Part shown: positions 47,933-56,926 of the stretch, in pieces
Numbering within the stretch: position 1 is the stretch's first letter
Layout: every line of letters starts with the position of its first letter
DNA from: Candidatus Woesearchaeota archaeon
GTDB taxonomy: Archaea > Nanobdellota > Nanobdellia > SCGC-AAA011-G17 > JACPNG01
DNA: 64,000 nt
Direction of reading: 5' to 3'
Assembly (NCBI GenBank): GCA_017609525.1
Contig: JAFCDT010000002.1
Coordinates: forward strand, 4,885-68,884
The notes under the pieces: model-generated
Told to the model about the DNA's origin: nothing
What the model saw: only the letters and a program-made list of their open reading frames with translations
Databases searched by the model: none
Program-made: the position numbers and the translations under genes

Positions 47933-50844
47933 TGAAAGGAGGGATAGCAGTAATCATATTTATTGTACTTATTGGGTTAGTTGGTGCTATCGATGATTTG
48001 TTGGCTTTACAAGGAAAGGTTGATCAAAGCGGAACATTGGTTGAATCAGGAGATATTGTAGTAGAGATATGGGATGATGCGACTGCTGGAAATTTAATTT
48101 ATAATTCTACTTCGGATTTTAATGGCGCAATCCAGGGAGGCTTTTTTGATATTGTACTTGGTAGCGGAAGCAATAGCTTAACTTTGAATTTAAGTCAGAC
48201 TTACTATATGGATATAGCTATTGAAGGACAAGACATTGATTGGGGAGGTGATGAAAGGAGGCAGTTTCAGGCTACTGTCGGAAGGCCTTACTTTGAAGAA
48301 GAGGTTGTTTTGAATGATACACTATATACTAAAGATGGAAATGTTGGAATCAACGATGCAAATCCGGGCCATACTTTAAGTGTTGAGGGAAATTTAAGTT
48401 TGGATTCTTCTGTATATGCAAGTTGTACTGCACTGGAGACCGATTCTGCTGGAGGGATAGTCTGTGGAACTGATGATGCTGGAACTTCATCCACCTCATT
48501 TTGGGCAGGAAGTGCTGTAAATGAAATTTATAATGATACTACTGCTGGAGTTGGTATTGGAACTAATAATCCAAGTTATAAATTAGAGGTAAATTCTGTA
48601 GATAGTGCATTAAATGTAAGTGGGATGTTGTATGTTAATTCAAGTAGTGTTGGTATTGGGACTGACGTTCCTGGCAACCCTATATCTATAAGCGGAGTTA
48701 TTGGGATTACAGACAACATTCTTTTTGATAATGGTGTTGATTTCTTTTGGAAAAATTCTTCTGGGACTTCATGGAGCATAATAACATTGCACACAAATAA
48801 CAATCTTTATTTAACATCGCCCGCAGATGCAGATATGATATTTAGAGTTGGTGGATATACTGAAAGAATGAGAATAGACAGTTCAGGAAATGTAGGTATA
48901 GGAACAACAAGTCCAAATAAAACTCTTACAATATTAGGTAATTTGAGTTTGGCTGGTCCTGAGTATATTAGCTGTACTTCTTTGGAGACTGATGCTGAGG
49001 GAGGAATTAGGTGTGGGACTGATGACACTGGCTCTGGGGGAATAACTAATTGGGACAGCAATATTGCTTTCTTGAATGAAAGTCAAACTTTTGCTGAGAA
49101 TAATACCTTTGATGAGAATGTTGTTATTAATACGAGACTAGGAGTTGGAATCGATAACCCCGATGTTACCATGCATGTAAATTCTTCAGCAATTGGGGGA
49201 ATCAAGATCTCGGGAAATTTTCCTCTTTTACAACTACACGACTTCGCTACTGAGAATAAAATGAATATTGAACTTGGAAGAATTGATGCAGGAATGACTA
49301 TATATGATAATGGTTTTGGTGGTGTTGTCTTCTATATTGAAAATACTACAGGAAATGTTGGAATTGGAACTACTACTGTAAATAAAACATTAACAATATT
49401 GGGTAATTTAAGTTTGGCTGGTCCTGAGTATATTAGCTGTACTTCTTTGGAGACTGATGCTGAAGGAGGGATTAGGTGTGGGGCTGATGCTGGAGAGGGA
49501 GGAGGAGTATTTCTTGGATGGGACTCTAATCTGGTGTGGCATAATCAAAGCTTAAATTCAACAATAGCATTGTGGATTGAAAATGATACAACATTAACAG
49601 ACGCGCAAGTAGATGATTTTGCTTTCAATGATAATTCTTCATTGGATACAAGGTATGTAAGCAGGAGCGATTGGACTACAATAGATAACTATCCTTCTGC
49701 TTGTGCTGGAGGACAGTATGTAAGCGGGATAGGGGATACCTTAACTTGTTCAACACCTTCAGGAGGTACAACCTATTGGACAGGAAGTGGAAATTTAATT
49801 TATAATGATACTACTGCTGGAGTTGGAATTGGTACTAATAATCCAAGTTATAAATTAGAAGTAAATGATGCTTCAACAAGCTCTGTTAATCTTTCTGGAG
49901 CTTTATATGTTGATGGAAGCGAAAGGCTTATTGGTATTGGAACTGATAGTCCGTTTAAGGCACTAACGGTTTTGGGAAAGGCGGCTATTGGAGATTCAAT
50001 TAATAGCTCAAGAGCTTCAAGAGCCTTTAATGTTATTGATACTAATGCCGTAGTTAAAATTATGAGGATTAGTGATGATTCTATACTAGCAGCTCCTGCT
50101 TTTGAATTAATACATGAGAACGCTGATGGAGCAAGAGATGTCTATTGGGATTTCTTTGCTAGTGTTGATGGTATAAGTATGAGAGATAGACTGGCGGGAG
50201 AGCAAAGATCTCTCTTTATAGAGGCAGCCACACCAACCAATACCCTTTATTTATCAAGTGGTGGTAATGTAGGTATAAGAACAGCAAGTCCAAATAAAAC
50301 TCTTACAATATTAGGTAATTTGAGTTTGGCTGGTCCTGAGTATATTAGCTGTACTTCTTTGGAGACTGATGCTGAGGGAGGAATTAGGTGTGGAACAGAT
50401 GCTACTGGGACTTCATCCCCTTCATTTTGGGCAGGAAGTGCTGTAAATGAAATTTACAATGATACTACTGTTGGAGTTGGAATTGGTACTAATAATCCAA
50501 GTTATAAATTAGAAGTAAATTCTGTAGATAATGCTATGAATGTAAGTGGGATGTTGTATGTTAATTCAAGTAGTGTTGGTATTGGTGTTATCAACCCAAG
50601 ATATGAATTAGATTTGGATACAGGCACTATAAGGGCACATAGAGTTGTAGGTTCAAGTGGATTAAACTTAACTACAACAGGAAATGTGCCTGTTGTTATT
50701 TATACATCTGACACAGAAAGAATGAGAATTGATTCTTCTGGAAATGTAGGTATAGGAACTAATAATCCAGATTTTAAGTTAGATGTTATAGGAACAATAA
50801 AAGCTAATGATAGCATTAAAATAGGCACATGGTGGAAAGAGTAA
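47929..50844 (+). CDS. giant secreted tail-fibre-like repeat protein (N-terminal part; may be continuous with 50852-52657)
   Basis: Signal-anchor MMKGGIAVIIFIVLIGLVGA. More than 12 copies of the NVGIGTxxPxxxLxVxG fibre repeat. Three copies of LTILGNLSLAGPEYISCTSLETDAEGGIRCG. Long near-identical nucleotide repeats. Confidence 0.65.
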   Translation: MMKGGIAVIIFIVLIGLVGAIDDLLALQGKVDQSGTLVESGDIVVEIWDDATAGNLIYNSTSDFNGAIQGGFFDIVLGSGSNSLTLNLSQTYYMDIAIEGQDIDWGGDERRQFQATVGRPYFEEEVVLNDTLYTKDGNVGINDANPGHTLSVEGNLSLDSSVYASCTALETDSAGGIVCGTDDAGTSSTSFWAGSAVNEIYNDTTAGVGIGTNNPSYKLEVNSVDSALNVSGMLYVNSSSVGIGTDVPGNPISISGVIGITDNILFDNGVDFFWKNSSGTSWSIITLHTNNNLYLTSPADADMIFRVGGYTERMRIDSSGNVGIGTTSPNKTLTILGNLSLAGPEYISCTSLETDAEGGIRCGTDDTGSGGITNWDSNIAFLNESQTFAENNTFDENVVINTRLGVGIDNPDVTMHVNSSAIGGIKISGNFPLLQLHDFATENKMNIELGRIDAGMTIYDNGFGGVVFYIENTTGNVGIGTTTVNKTLTILGNLSLAGPEYISCTSLETDAEGGIRCGADAGEGGGVFLGWDSNLVWHNQSLNSTIALWIENDTTLTDAQVDDFAFNDNSSLDTRYVSRSDWTTIDNYPSACAGGQYVSGIGDTLTCSTPSGGTTYWTGSGNLIYNDTTAGVGIGTNNPSYKLEVNDASTSSVNLSGALYVDGSERLIGIGTDSPFKALTVLGKAAIGDSINSSRASRAFNVIDTNAVVKIMRISDDSILAAPAFELIHENADGARDVYWDFFASVDGISMRDRLAGEQRSLFIEAATPTNTLYLSSGGNVGIRTASPNKTLTILGNLSLAGPEYISCTSLETDAEGGIRCGTDATGTSSPSFWAGSAVNEIYNDTTVGVGIGTNNPSYKLEVNSVDNAMNVSGMLYVNSSSVGIGVINPRYELDLDTGTIRAHRVVGSSGLNLTTTGNVPVVIYTSDTERMRIDSSGNVGIGTNNPDFKLDVIGTIKANDSIKIGTWWKE
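48500..48660. repeat. intragenic repeat B, copy 1 (copy 2 at 50424-50585; partial copies near 49790 and 51000)
   Basis: TTTTGGGCAGGAAGTGCTGTAAATGAAATTTATAATGATACTACTGCTGGAGTTGG...AATTCTGTAGATAGTGCATTAAATGTAAGTGGGATGTTGTATGTTAATTCAAGTAGTGTTGGTATTGG. Confidence 0.75.
48895..49013. repeat. intragenic near-identical repeat A, copy 1 (other copies 49396-49483 and 50272-50392)
   Basis: GGTATAGGAACAACAAGTCCAAATAAAACTCTTACAATATTAGGTAATTTGAGTTTGGCTGGTCCTGAGTATATTAGCTGTACTTCTTTGGAGACTGATGCTGAGGGAGGAATTAGGTGTGG repeated almost exactly at 50272. Confidence 0.8.
50272..50392. repeat. intragenic repeat A, copy 3
   Basis: Identical by eye to 48895-49013 over about 120 nt. Copy 2 (49396-49483) is more diverged. 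Confidence 0.8.
50424..50585. repeat. intragenic repeat B, copy 2
   Basis: About 160 nt nearly identical to 48500-48660. Confidence 0.75.
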
Positions 50845-50851
50845 TACTGGG

Positions 50852-52657
50852 GTGATGATTGGCTCAAACAATGATTTTTCTGGATGGGGAAATCAGATAG
50901 ATGGAATGGATACAGATAATTCTGGTAGTTATTCTAGTTTATATTTAAATTACAGGGGTGGAAAGAAAATCATTTTAACAAATTCGAGTGATGGTAATGT
51001 AGGTATAGGAACAACAAATCCTAGTTATAAATTAGAAGTAAATTCTGTAGATAGTGCATTAAATGTAAGTGGAAATTTGTATGTTAATTCTAGTAATGTT
51101 GGTATAGGGTTTGACAATCCACAACATACCCTTCATATTGAAAACTCATCTGGAGATCTTGTAAGTGCAGTAAAGGTTACTGATGGAAGAAATAGTGTCT
51201 TTTTACAAGCAAGCAGAAGCGTGGGGGATGGGGGGGTTATAGGCACAAGATTGGTCTTGGATGATAATGGGGCGAGCGGTAAAAGATGGGATATTACTAC
51301 AGGAATTAAAGAGGGGGGTTTAGTATTTAGGAATAATGATGATGGAATTAACGCTTTGACATTAAATTCTTCTGGAGATGTAGGTATAGGAACAACAAGT
51401 CCAGATAGAAATTTAGAAGTATCAGGAACGGGAGCACAACAAATTGAAGTAGAATCTACATCAACCGACGCTGATTTAATTATTGATGCCAATACTGATT
51501 CAGATGCAAGAATTATTTTACAAGAAGCAGGAGTAAATTTAGGTTGGATAAGATTAGATGGAGATGATGGTAATAAAATAAAATTTCAGTATAGCACAAG
51601 TGCTACTGATGCAATGACTATCGACCAAACTGGAAAAATAGGTATAGGAACTGCTTTTCCTGGTGCTAAATTACATGTTTCTGAAACAAATAATTCTGCC
51701 TTTGATGCTGCAGTTGCTATTACTAGAACCGCCAGCGGAGGAGACTCTCTTGCATTCCTCAATATAGGTAGTAATTGGTACTTTGGAAGAGATAGTGCGG
51801 GAAACGCTTTTCAGGCTAGATACGCTAATTGGGACTTGACCGAAGACAGGTGGGAATCTACTTATACTGGTAGTATTGTGGGGCCTGTTTTTACCCAATA
51901 TGAGTACAATGGAGACATAAACTTTAAATCAATGGCTCCTCAATCCTTGACAGAAGGGGATGCTTTAAGTTTCGTAAATGTTATGACTTTGAAAGGGGGA
52001 GGAAATGTGGGTATAGTGACAACAAATCCACAGGCAAGATTAGAGGTTGATGATAATAATTATTGGTATAGTACAAAATATCCTGCGGTTGGTATTAAAA
52101 GCATAAGGCCTGCACTTGCTTTTTATGATGATAATTCAGAAGGTAAAAATGTAACAGTCCTTTATCAAGACCAGCAAACTTTCAAGATAGCTAAAACTGC
52201 ATTTACTACTAATGATTGGGGTTATGATGAGAAAATAGATGCATTAAAAATAGATTCAGACGCGAGCATAACATTTCCATATGTTTATTCTGATATTGTT
52301 GGTGGAACGAATAGAGATTTATATATAGACAATACAGGTTTGATAGGTTATGTTAGTTCTAGTATAAGATATAAAGAAAACATAAAAGATATTGGAAATG
52401 GTTCAGAAAAGCTTTATGATTTAAGACCCGTTTCCTTTAATTATAAAGGAGATAATTCCTCTAGCCTTCAATATGGTTTAATTGCTGAAGAAGTTGAAGA
52501 GGTTATGCCTGAGATAGTAAGCTATGATGAAGAAGGTAATCCAGAAACAGTAAGCTACAGTAAGCTAATAAGCCCAATGCTTAATGAGATCCAACAACTT
52601 AAGGAAGAGAATGAAGAATTAAAAAAGAGGATTGAAGTTTTAGAAAAAAAGATTTAG
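50852..52657 (+). CDS. tail-fibre-like repeat protein with a C-terminal intramolecular chaperone (peptidase S74-like) auto-processing domain
   Basis: NVGIGTTNP fibre repeats, then SSSIRYKENIKDIGNGSEKLYDLRPVSFNYKGDNSSSLQYGLIAEEVEEVMPEIVSYDEEGNPETVSYSKLISPMLNEIQQLKEENEELKKRIEVLEKKI. This matches the phage tail-spike/endosialidase C-terminal chaperone domain (Ser in S-x-R-x-K, LIAQEVEEV-like box, terminal coiled coil). No signal peptide of its own. Confidence 0.7.
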   Translation: MMIGSNNDFSGWGNQIDGMDTDNSGSYSSLYLNYRGGKKIILTNSSDGNVGIGTTNPSYKLEVNSVDSALNVSGNLYVNSSNVGIGFDNPQHTLHIENSSGDLVSAVKVTDGRNSVFLQASRSVGDGGVIGTRLVLDDNGASGKRWDITTGIKEGGLVFRNNDDGINALTLNSSGDVGIGTTSPDRNLEVSGTGAQQIEVESTSTDADLIIDANTDSDARIILQEAGVNLGWIRLDGDDGNKIKFQYSTSATDAMTIDQTGKIGIGTAFPGAKLHVSETNNSAFDAAVAITRTASGGDSLAFLNIGSNWYFGRDSAGNAFQARYANWDLTEDRWESTYTGSIVGPVFTQYEYNGDINFKSMAPQSLTEGDALSFVNVMTLKGGGNVGIVTTNPQARLEVDDNNYWYSTKYPAVGIKSIRPALAFYDDNSEGKNVTVLYQDQQTFKIAKTAFTTNDWGYDEKIDALKIDSDASITFPYVYSDIVGGTNRDLYIDNTGLIGYVSSSIRYKENIKDIGNGSEKLYDLRPVSFNYKGDNSSSLQYGLIAEEVEEVMPEIVSYDEEGNPETVSYSKLISPMLNEIQQLKEENEELKKRIEVLEKKI

Positions 52658-52762
52658 TATGATACTTACATAACAAGTAAAAACATAAGCTTTATATACT
52701 ATTTTACTTACTTTATGAGTAGAAAACCATTATAAGTAAAATTACTTATATAGTGAGTATTA

Positions 52763-53248
52763 ATGGATAAATTAAATAAAAAAGAGGGAATTAGTTCTGA
52801 TAAAGACTTTGAAAAATTAAAAAAAATATTAAGCTCCTTAGAAATAAAGTATAAGAAAACTAAAAAAGAAATTCTCAATTTGATTGAAGAAATGGAAACA
52901 ATGCCTGTTTCAATCTTTAATAACACTAAGCTTTCCATACCAGAATCAATTGTTAAGTATTTTGTTGAAGAAAAAAATTACAAATATAGTAAGATTTCTA
53001 AGATCATCAAACGGGACCAAAGGACTGTTTGGGGCTTTTATAACAAAGCTAGGAAGAAATTTCCTAAAAAGTTGAAAATTAATGATTCTAAATTAATTCC
53101 TGTTTCAATTTTTAGTAAAAAAAGCTTGCTAGAAACTATTGCGATTTATCTTAAGAAAAATTTTGATTTAAGTTACCATGATGTTGCTGTTTTACTTAAT
53201 AGAGATGATAGAACGATTTGGACTGTTTGTAATAGGAAGAAAAAATGA
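52763..53248 (+). CDS. tandem helix-turn-helix DNA-binding protein (two sigma-r4/LuxR-like HTH units), candidate locus regulator
   Basis: Internal duplication: IPESIVKYFVEEKNYKYSKISKIIKRDQRTVWGFYNKARKKF and IPVSIFSKKSLLETIAIYLKKNFDLSYHDVAVLLNRDDRTIWTVCNRKKK. 4-nt overlap with the 1070-aa gene. Confidence 0.5.
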   Translation: MDKLNKKEGISSDKDFEKLKKILSSLEIKYKKTKKEILNLIEEMETMPVSIFNNTKLSIPESIVKYFVEEKNYKYSKISKIIKRDQRTVWGFYNKARKKFPKKLKINDSKLIPVSIFSKKSLLETIAIYLKKNFDLSYHDVAVLLNRDDRTIWTVCNRKKK

Positions 53249-56200
53249 ACGAAAGTATCAAGGCAATTATGATTAGTATAATGGTTTTCGTAGTGTTAAG
53301 TGGGCTAATTTATGGTGCCTTTATCTTTACGAGTTATACGGGTTTTGCTGTTAAGGAAATAGTAAGCATTCCTTATGAAGAAGGATTTGAAAATGGAACC
53401 ATAAAGGTAAGTTTAAATGAAACTATTTGGGAGTTTGAAGTTCAAGAACTTGTTAAAGATAAAGATATCATTTTGAATTTAACTAGTCTGGAAACTAATG
53501 AATATGGAGAATTATATATCGACATCATTGTTAATGGAACTGTTGTTGAAAGTAAAAAAGTGATTATTGAAGGAAAGGAAGAAAAACCTTTTGTTACAGA
53601 AGAAGTTAATGAGACAGTTGAAGAAAAATTTTCTGAAGCTAATAATAGTGCTTTTGGAGAAATAAATGTGTCTGTTGAGGAAATTAACAAAACTATTGGG
53701 CTGGTTAATAAGACAGTTGAAGAATCTGATAATGAGATTGTAAATCAAACAGAACCACTAAGAAAGATCAATAAAACCTTAGAAATAAATGAAACGGTTG
53801 AAGAAGTTAATATTACTCTACCAAAAAATATTACTGAAAATTTGAATGAATCTAAGGTAGTAGATAAAGTTTCTATTGTAGAAGAGACAGAAGAAGTAAT
53901 ACAACCTTTAGTTGTGATAAATCAGCCAGTTAGGTGGGTTAAAAAGGTTAGATTAGAGAATTATTCAAATAGTCTTACTGTTGAGGTTCCTAAAGAAGCA
54001 AAGAACATTAGTGTTAAAAAAATTGAAGATGGAAAGGGAAGAGCAATTGAAGAGAAAAAAATCAAGGTTAAAGAAAAAGGAGAAATTAAAGACTTAGAAG
54101 AATTTAATACAATAACTGCGCAGGCGGTCGCTGTTGGTTCTGGCAAACCTTATTTAAGAAACTTTTTCGACTTGATTTCGAAATTTATTAATTCTTTACT
54201 CAAAAAACCCGCAGTAACTGGATTAGTTACTGGTGAAGATAAAGGAACTAAAGAGGTTATTATTGGAGAGTCTGTTAAGGAAGTAGAAATCAAGTATGAA
54301 ATTCCTGGTCCAGGTGTAATAGAATCAGACAAGGCAGATGGTAAGATCATAACAATATTTTCTGAGATTCACTATGAGAATATATTAGCATATACAGAAG
54401 TAGAAGAAACGGATCCAGAGGGTATAAAACTTTACTGGAAACAAAATGGTTCTAGTATTTTGGTTGAAAATGTGGATTACCTAGATGAAAATCAAAATGG
54501 ATTGATAGATAAAATCCAGTGGATTGTTCCACATTTAAGCAATCAGACATATGAGATTGATTTAATTGTTTTAAATGTTCAGAGTTATCCTTATGTTGGG
54601 GGCAATTGGACAGTAAAATTTAACACTACCGGAATAGCAAATTTAACGATAAGTGCATTTAATGGTACTACTTTTGAAGATTATCATAATGATAGCGTGA
54701 TTCATGATTTAGAATTTTTAGAGTTAAGATGTGGCTCTGAATTAATTGCTAATAATCTTACTGCTAATAATAGTTTATTTGTTTCAGATTATAGTTGTAC
54801 AAGTACTAGCTTTGAAACAAGTAAAGTTTTAACACCAGGTGACCACTATATTAAATTTGAGTTTGGACCAATAACTAAATATGCAAAAAACCTTGCTGGT
54901 GAATTTGGAGGGTTGGCTGGAGGAGGAAATGCTAGTGGTACAATGAATTTAATTACCGGTGCCTTTGGTTTTACTGGTTCTAACGAAACAACTGGATCAT
55001 ATACCACTATGCTGCATGGACTACTGAGTGTAGGAAAAAACATAACTTCTGGCGTTTATACATTAGGTTTAGGTTATATTTACATGCTTGATATTGTTCA
55101 GAAGGTTTTTGTTAACCTTGTTAGCCCCGCAGAAGGGGAAACAATTGCTACTGCTACTTTTATTTATATTCCAAACGCTGATGAAATACACAGTTGTAGT
55201 TTGTATGGTAATTGGACCACTGGTTGGCATGCCAATCAAACTGATTATTCTATAGCATTAAGTTCCACTAACCAGTTTACACTAGGTGAATTAGAAGAAG
55301 GCAGGTTTCAGTGGAATGTTATGTGCAACAATAGCCAGGGGGATTTTTTTGCAGAAAACAATTATACTTTTGTACTAAACCGTGTACCAAGTGTGCCAGA
55401 CTTGAATGAACCTTTAAATAACAGCATGTGGAATAGTAGCATTCCTGAACTTAATTGGTCCAACAGCACAGATACAACAGGAGATGATATATTTTATTAT
55501 TTGGAAATTGATGATTCAATAGCTTTTGATAGTGTGGATTATGCAAATAGTACAATAAAAGAAAATGTAAATACAACATCGGATCTTCCTAGCGGACTAG
55601 TTGCAGGAAACTATTGGTGGAGGGTTTTAGCTTATGATGGCAACGCAAACTCTTCATGGTCAGAGGTAAGAAATTTATCAATAAGATTTAATGATGCTCC
55701 TAGTGTTCCTGAATTATTTTTGCCATATAACGATACACAAATAACAGATAGGACTCCTACTTTTAGCTGGAGCAATTCTACTGATCCAGATGGAGATACT
55801 ATCACATATCACATTCAAATAGATGGAGTTATAGACTTTTCAAGTCCTGAGGTGGATGGTTTTGATGTAGGGGGCATTGCTGAAACTGCAAATACAACAA
55901 ACTGGACTGCAACATCTGATTTGCAACAATTAGACACAGAGTACTTTTGGAGGGTTAGAGCGTATGATGGAATTGCTTATAGCAATTGGTCTGAAATAAG
56001 GAATTTTTCGATTGCCAGTACAGTGATTATCACTCTTCCAACAGACAGCATAAACTTTACTGTTGCTAATCCAGGGGATAGTGACGACACTAGTGATGAT
56101 TCCCCTACTCCGATTGTAATAAGAAATAGCGGAAATACTGGTGCTGATGTTAATATCAGTTTGGCCTCTGGGAGCACTGGTCTTTGGGCAAGCAAAGTAA

Positions 56201-56457
56201 GTCCTACGAGTTATTTTCAATATAAAATAGATAATAAGACAGGAGAGGAGGGGGCTTTTAACTGGTCGGATTCTATTACTGGATGGACCGATGTTGATGT
56301 TGCTAACTCAAGTTACAAAATTAGAAATCTTAACTATAGTGATTCTACTGATGAAGCAGAGTTAGACATTAAAATTATTGTGCCAAATGATGAACCTTCT
56401 GGGGAAAAGTCGGCAAGTTTGGTTATAACGGGGGCGATTACAAGTGAAATCCCATAA
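53245..56457 (+). CDS. 1070-aa signal-anchored glycoprotein with many N-x-S/T sequons, tandem repeats of about 95 aa (FSWSNSTDPDGD...YFWRVRAYDG) and a conserved C-terminal EPSGEK...TG motif
   Basis: N-terminal TM MISIMVFVVLSGLIYGAFIF. More than 50 N-x-S/T sequons. Three clear repeats (NWSNSTDTTGDDIFYYLEID...YWWRVLAYDG; FSWSNSTDPDGDTITYHIQID...YFWRVRAYDG; plus a degenerate copy). C-terminus IVPNDEPSGEKSASLVITGAITSEIP. Confidence 0.65.
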   Translation: MNESIKAIMISIMVFVVLSGLIYGAFIFTSYTGFAVKEIVSIPYEEGFENGTIKVSLNETIWEFEVQELVKDKDIILNLTSLETNEYGELYIDIIVNGTVVESKKVIIEGKEEKPFVTEEVNETVEEKFSEANNSAFGEINVSVEEINKTIGLVNKTVEESDNEIVNQTEPLRKINKTLEINETVEEVNITLPKNITENLNESKVVDKVSIVEETEEVIQPLVVINQPVRWVKKVRLENYSNSLTVEVPKEAKNISVKKIEDGKGRAIEEKKIKVKEKGEIKDLEEFNTITAQAVAVGSGKPYLRNFFDLISKFINSLLKKPAVTGLVTGEDKGTKEVIIGESVKEVEIKYEIPGPGVIESDKADGKIITIFSEIHYENILAYTEVEETDPEGIKLYWKQNGSSILVENVDYLDENQNGLIDKIQWIVPHLSNQTYEIDLIVLNVQSYPYVGGNWTVKFNTTGIANLTISAFNGTTFEDYHNDSVIHDLEFLELRCGSELIANNLTANNSLFVSDYSCTSTSFETSKVLTPGDHYIKFEFGPITKYAKNLAGEFGGLAGGGNASGTMNLITGAFGFTGSNETTGSYTTMLHGLLSVGKNITSGVYTLGLGYIYMLDIVQKVFVNLVSPAEGETIATATFIYIPNADEIHSCSLYGNWTTGWHANQTDYSIALSSTNQFTLGELEEGRFQWNVMCNNSQGDFFAENNYTFVLNRVPSVPDLNEPLNNSMWNSSIPELNWSNSTDTTGDDIFYYLEIDDSIAFDSVDYANSTIKENVNTTSDLPSGLVAGNYWWRVLAYDGNANSSWSEVRNLSIRFNDAPSVPELFLPYNDTQITDRTPTFSWSNSTDPDGDTITYHIQIDGVIDFSSPEVDGFDVGGIAETANTTNWTATSDLQQLDTEYFWRVRAYDGIAYSNWSEIRNFSIASTVIITLPTDSINFTVANPGDSDDTSDDSPTPIVIRNSGNTGADVNISLASGSTGLWASKVSPTSYFQYKIDNKTGEEGAFNWSDSITGWTDVDVANSSYKIRNLNYSDSTDEAELDIKIIVPNDEPSGEKSASLVITGAITSEIP

Positions 56458-56926
56458 ATGGTTTGTGATCCTGAATATCGCGTTTGTGATTTTAATAGTT
56501 GGAACAATCTTTTATATCACTCCAAGGGGGCCGGAAGGAAAAATCTACGATCGGCGTCCCTTGTTTAGTTGGACTGGTTATGCAACTAAATTGATAATCG
56601 ATGATAATCCGGATTTTTCCAGTCCGCAAGTCATTGACCTAAAAGGAAGAGATTATCAATTTAAAGAAAATCTTGATTTGGGGGATTATTTCTGGAAATT
56701 AAAGGGGCTTTATGAAACCAAACCCAAGAAATTTAATTTAGAGTCTGAGGTGGCAATAAAACTGTACAAGACTGAATCTTTGAATCTAGAAAACGATGGC
56801 AATACTCGACTGAATGTTACTATTGAAGAACATGATTCTGGGGTGACTGGTCAGATTGTTCTTGATTTGGGGGAAATTGCTGTTGTGAAAGAAAATTCGG
56901 ACATTAAAGCAAAGCAAGATGAATAA
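56444..56926 (+). CDS. single-domain membrane-anchored paralog carrying one copy of the FSW...YFWK repeat
   Basis: TM FVILNIAFVILIVGTIFYI, then RPLFSWTGYATKLIIDDNPDFSSPQVIDL...LGDYFWKLKG. Confidence 0.5.
   Translation: MKSHKWFVILNIAFVILIVGTIFYITPRGPEGKIYDRRPLFSWTGYATKLIIDDNPDFSSPQVIDLKGRDYQFKENLDLGDYFWKLKGLYETKPKKFNLESEVAIKLYKTESLNLENDGNTRLNVTIEEHDSGVTGQIVLDLGEIAVVKENSDIKAKQDE

Noticed and set aside
47929-52657. Possible CRISPR array, suggested by evenly recurring near-identical sequence blocks
   Set aside because: The repeats are 120-160 nt, lie in a continuous ORF, translate to conserved protein repeats and have no short unique spacers. No CRISPR array was seen anywhere in the window.
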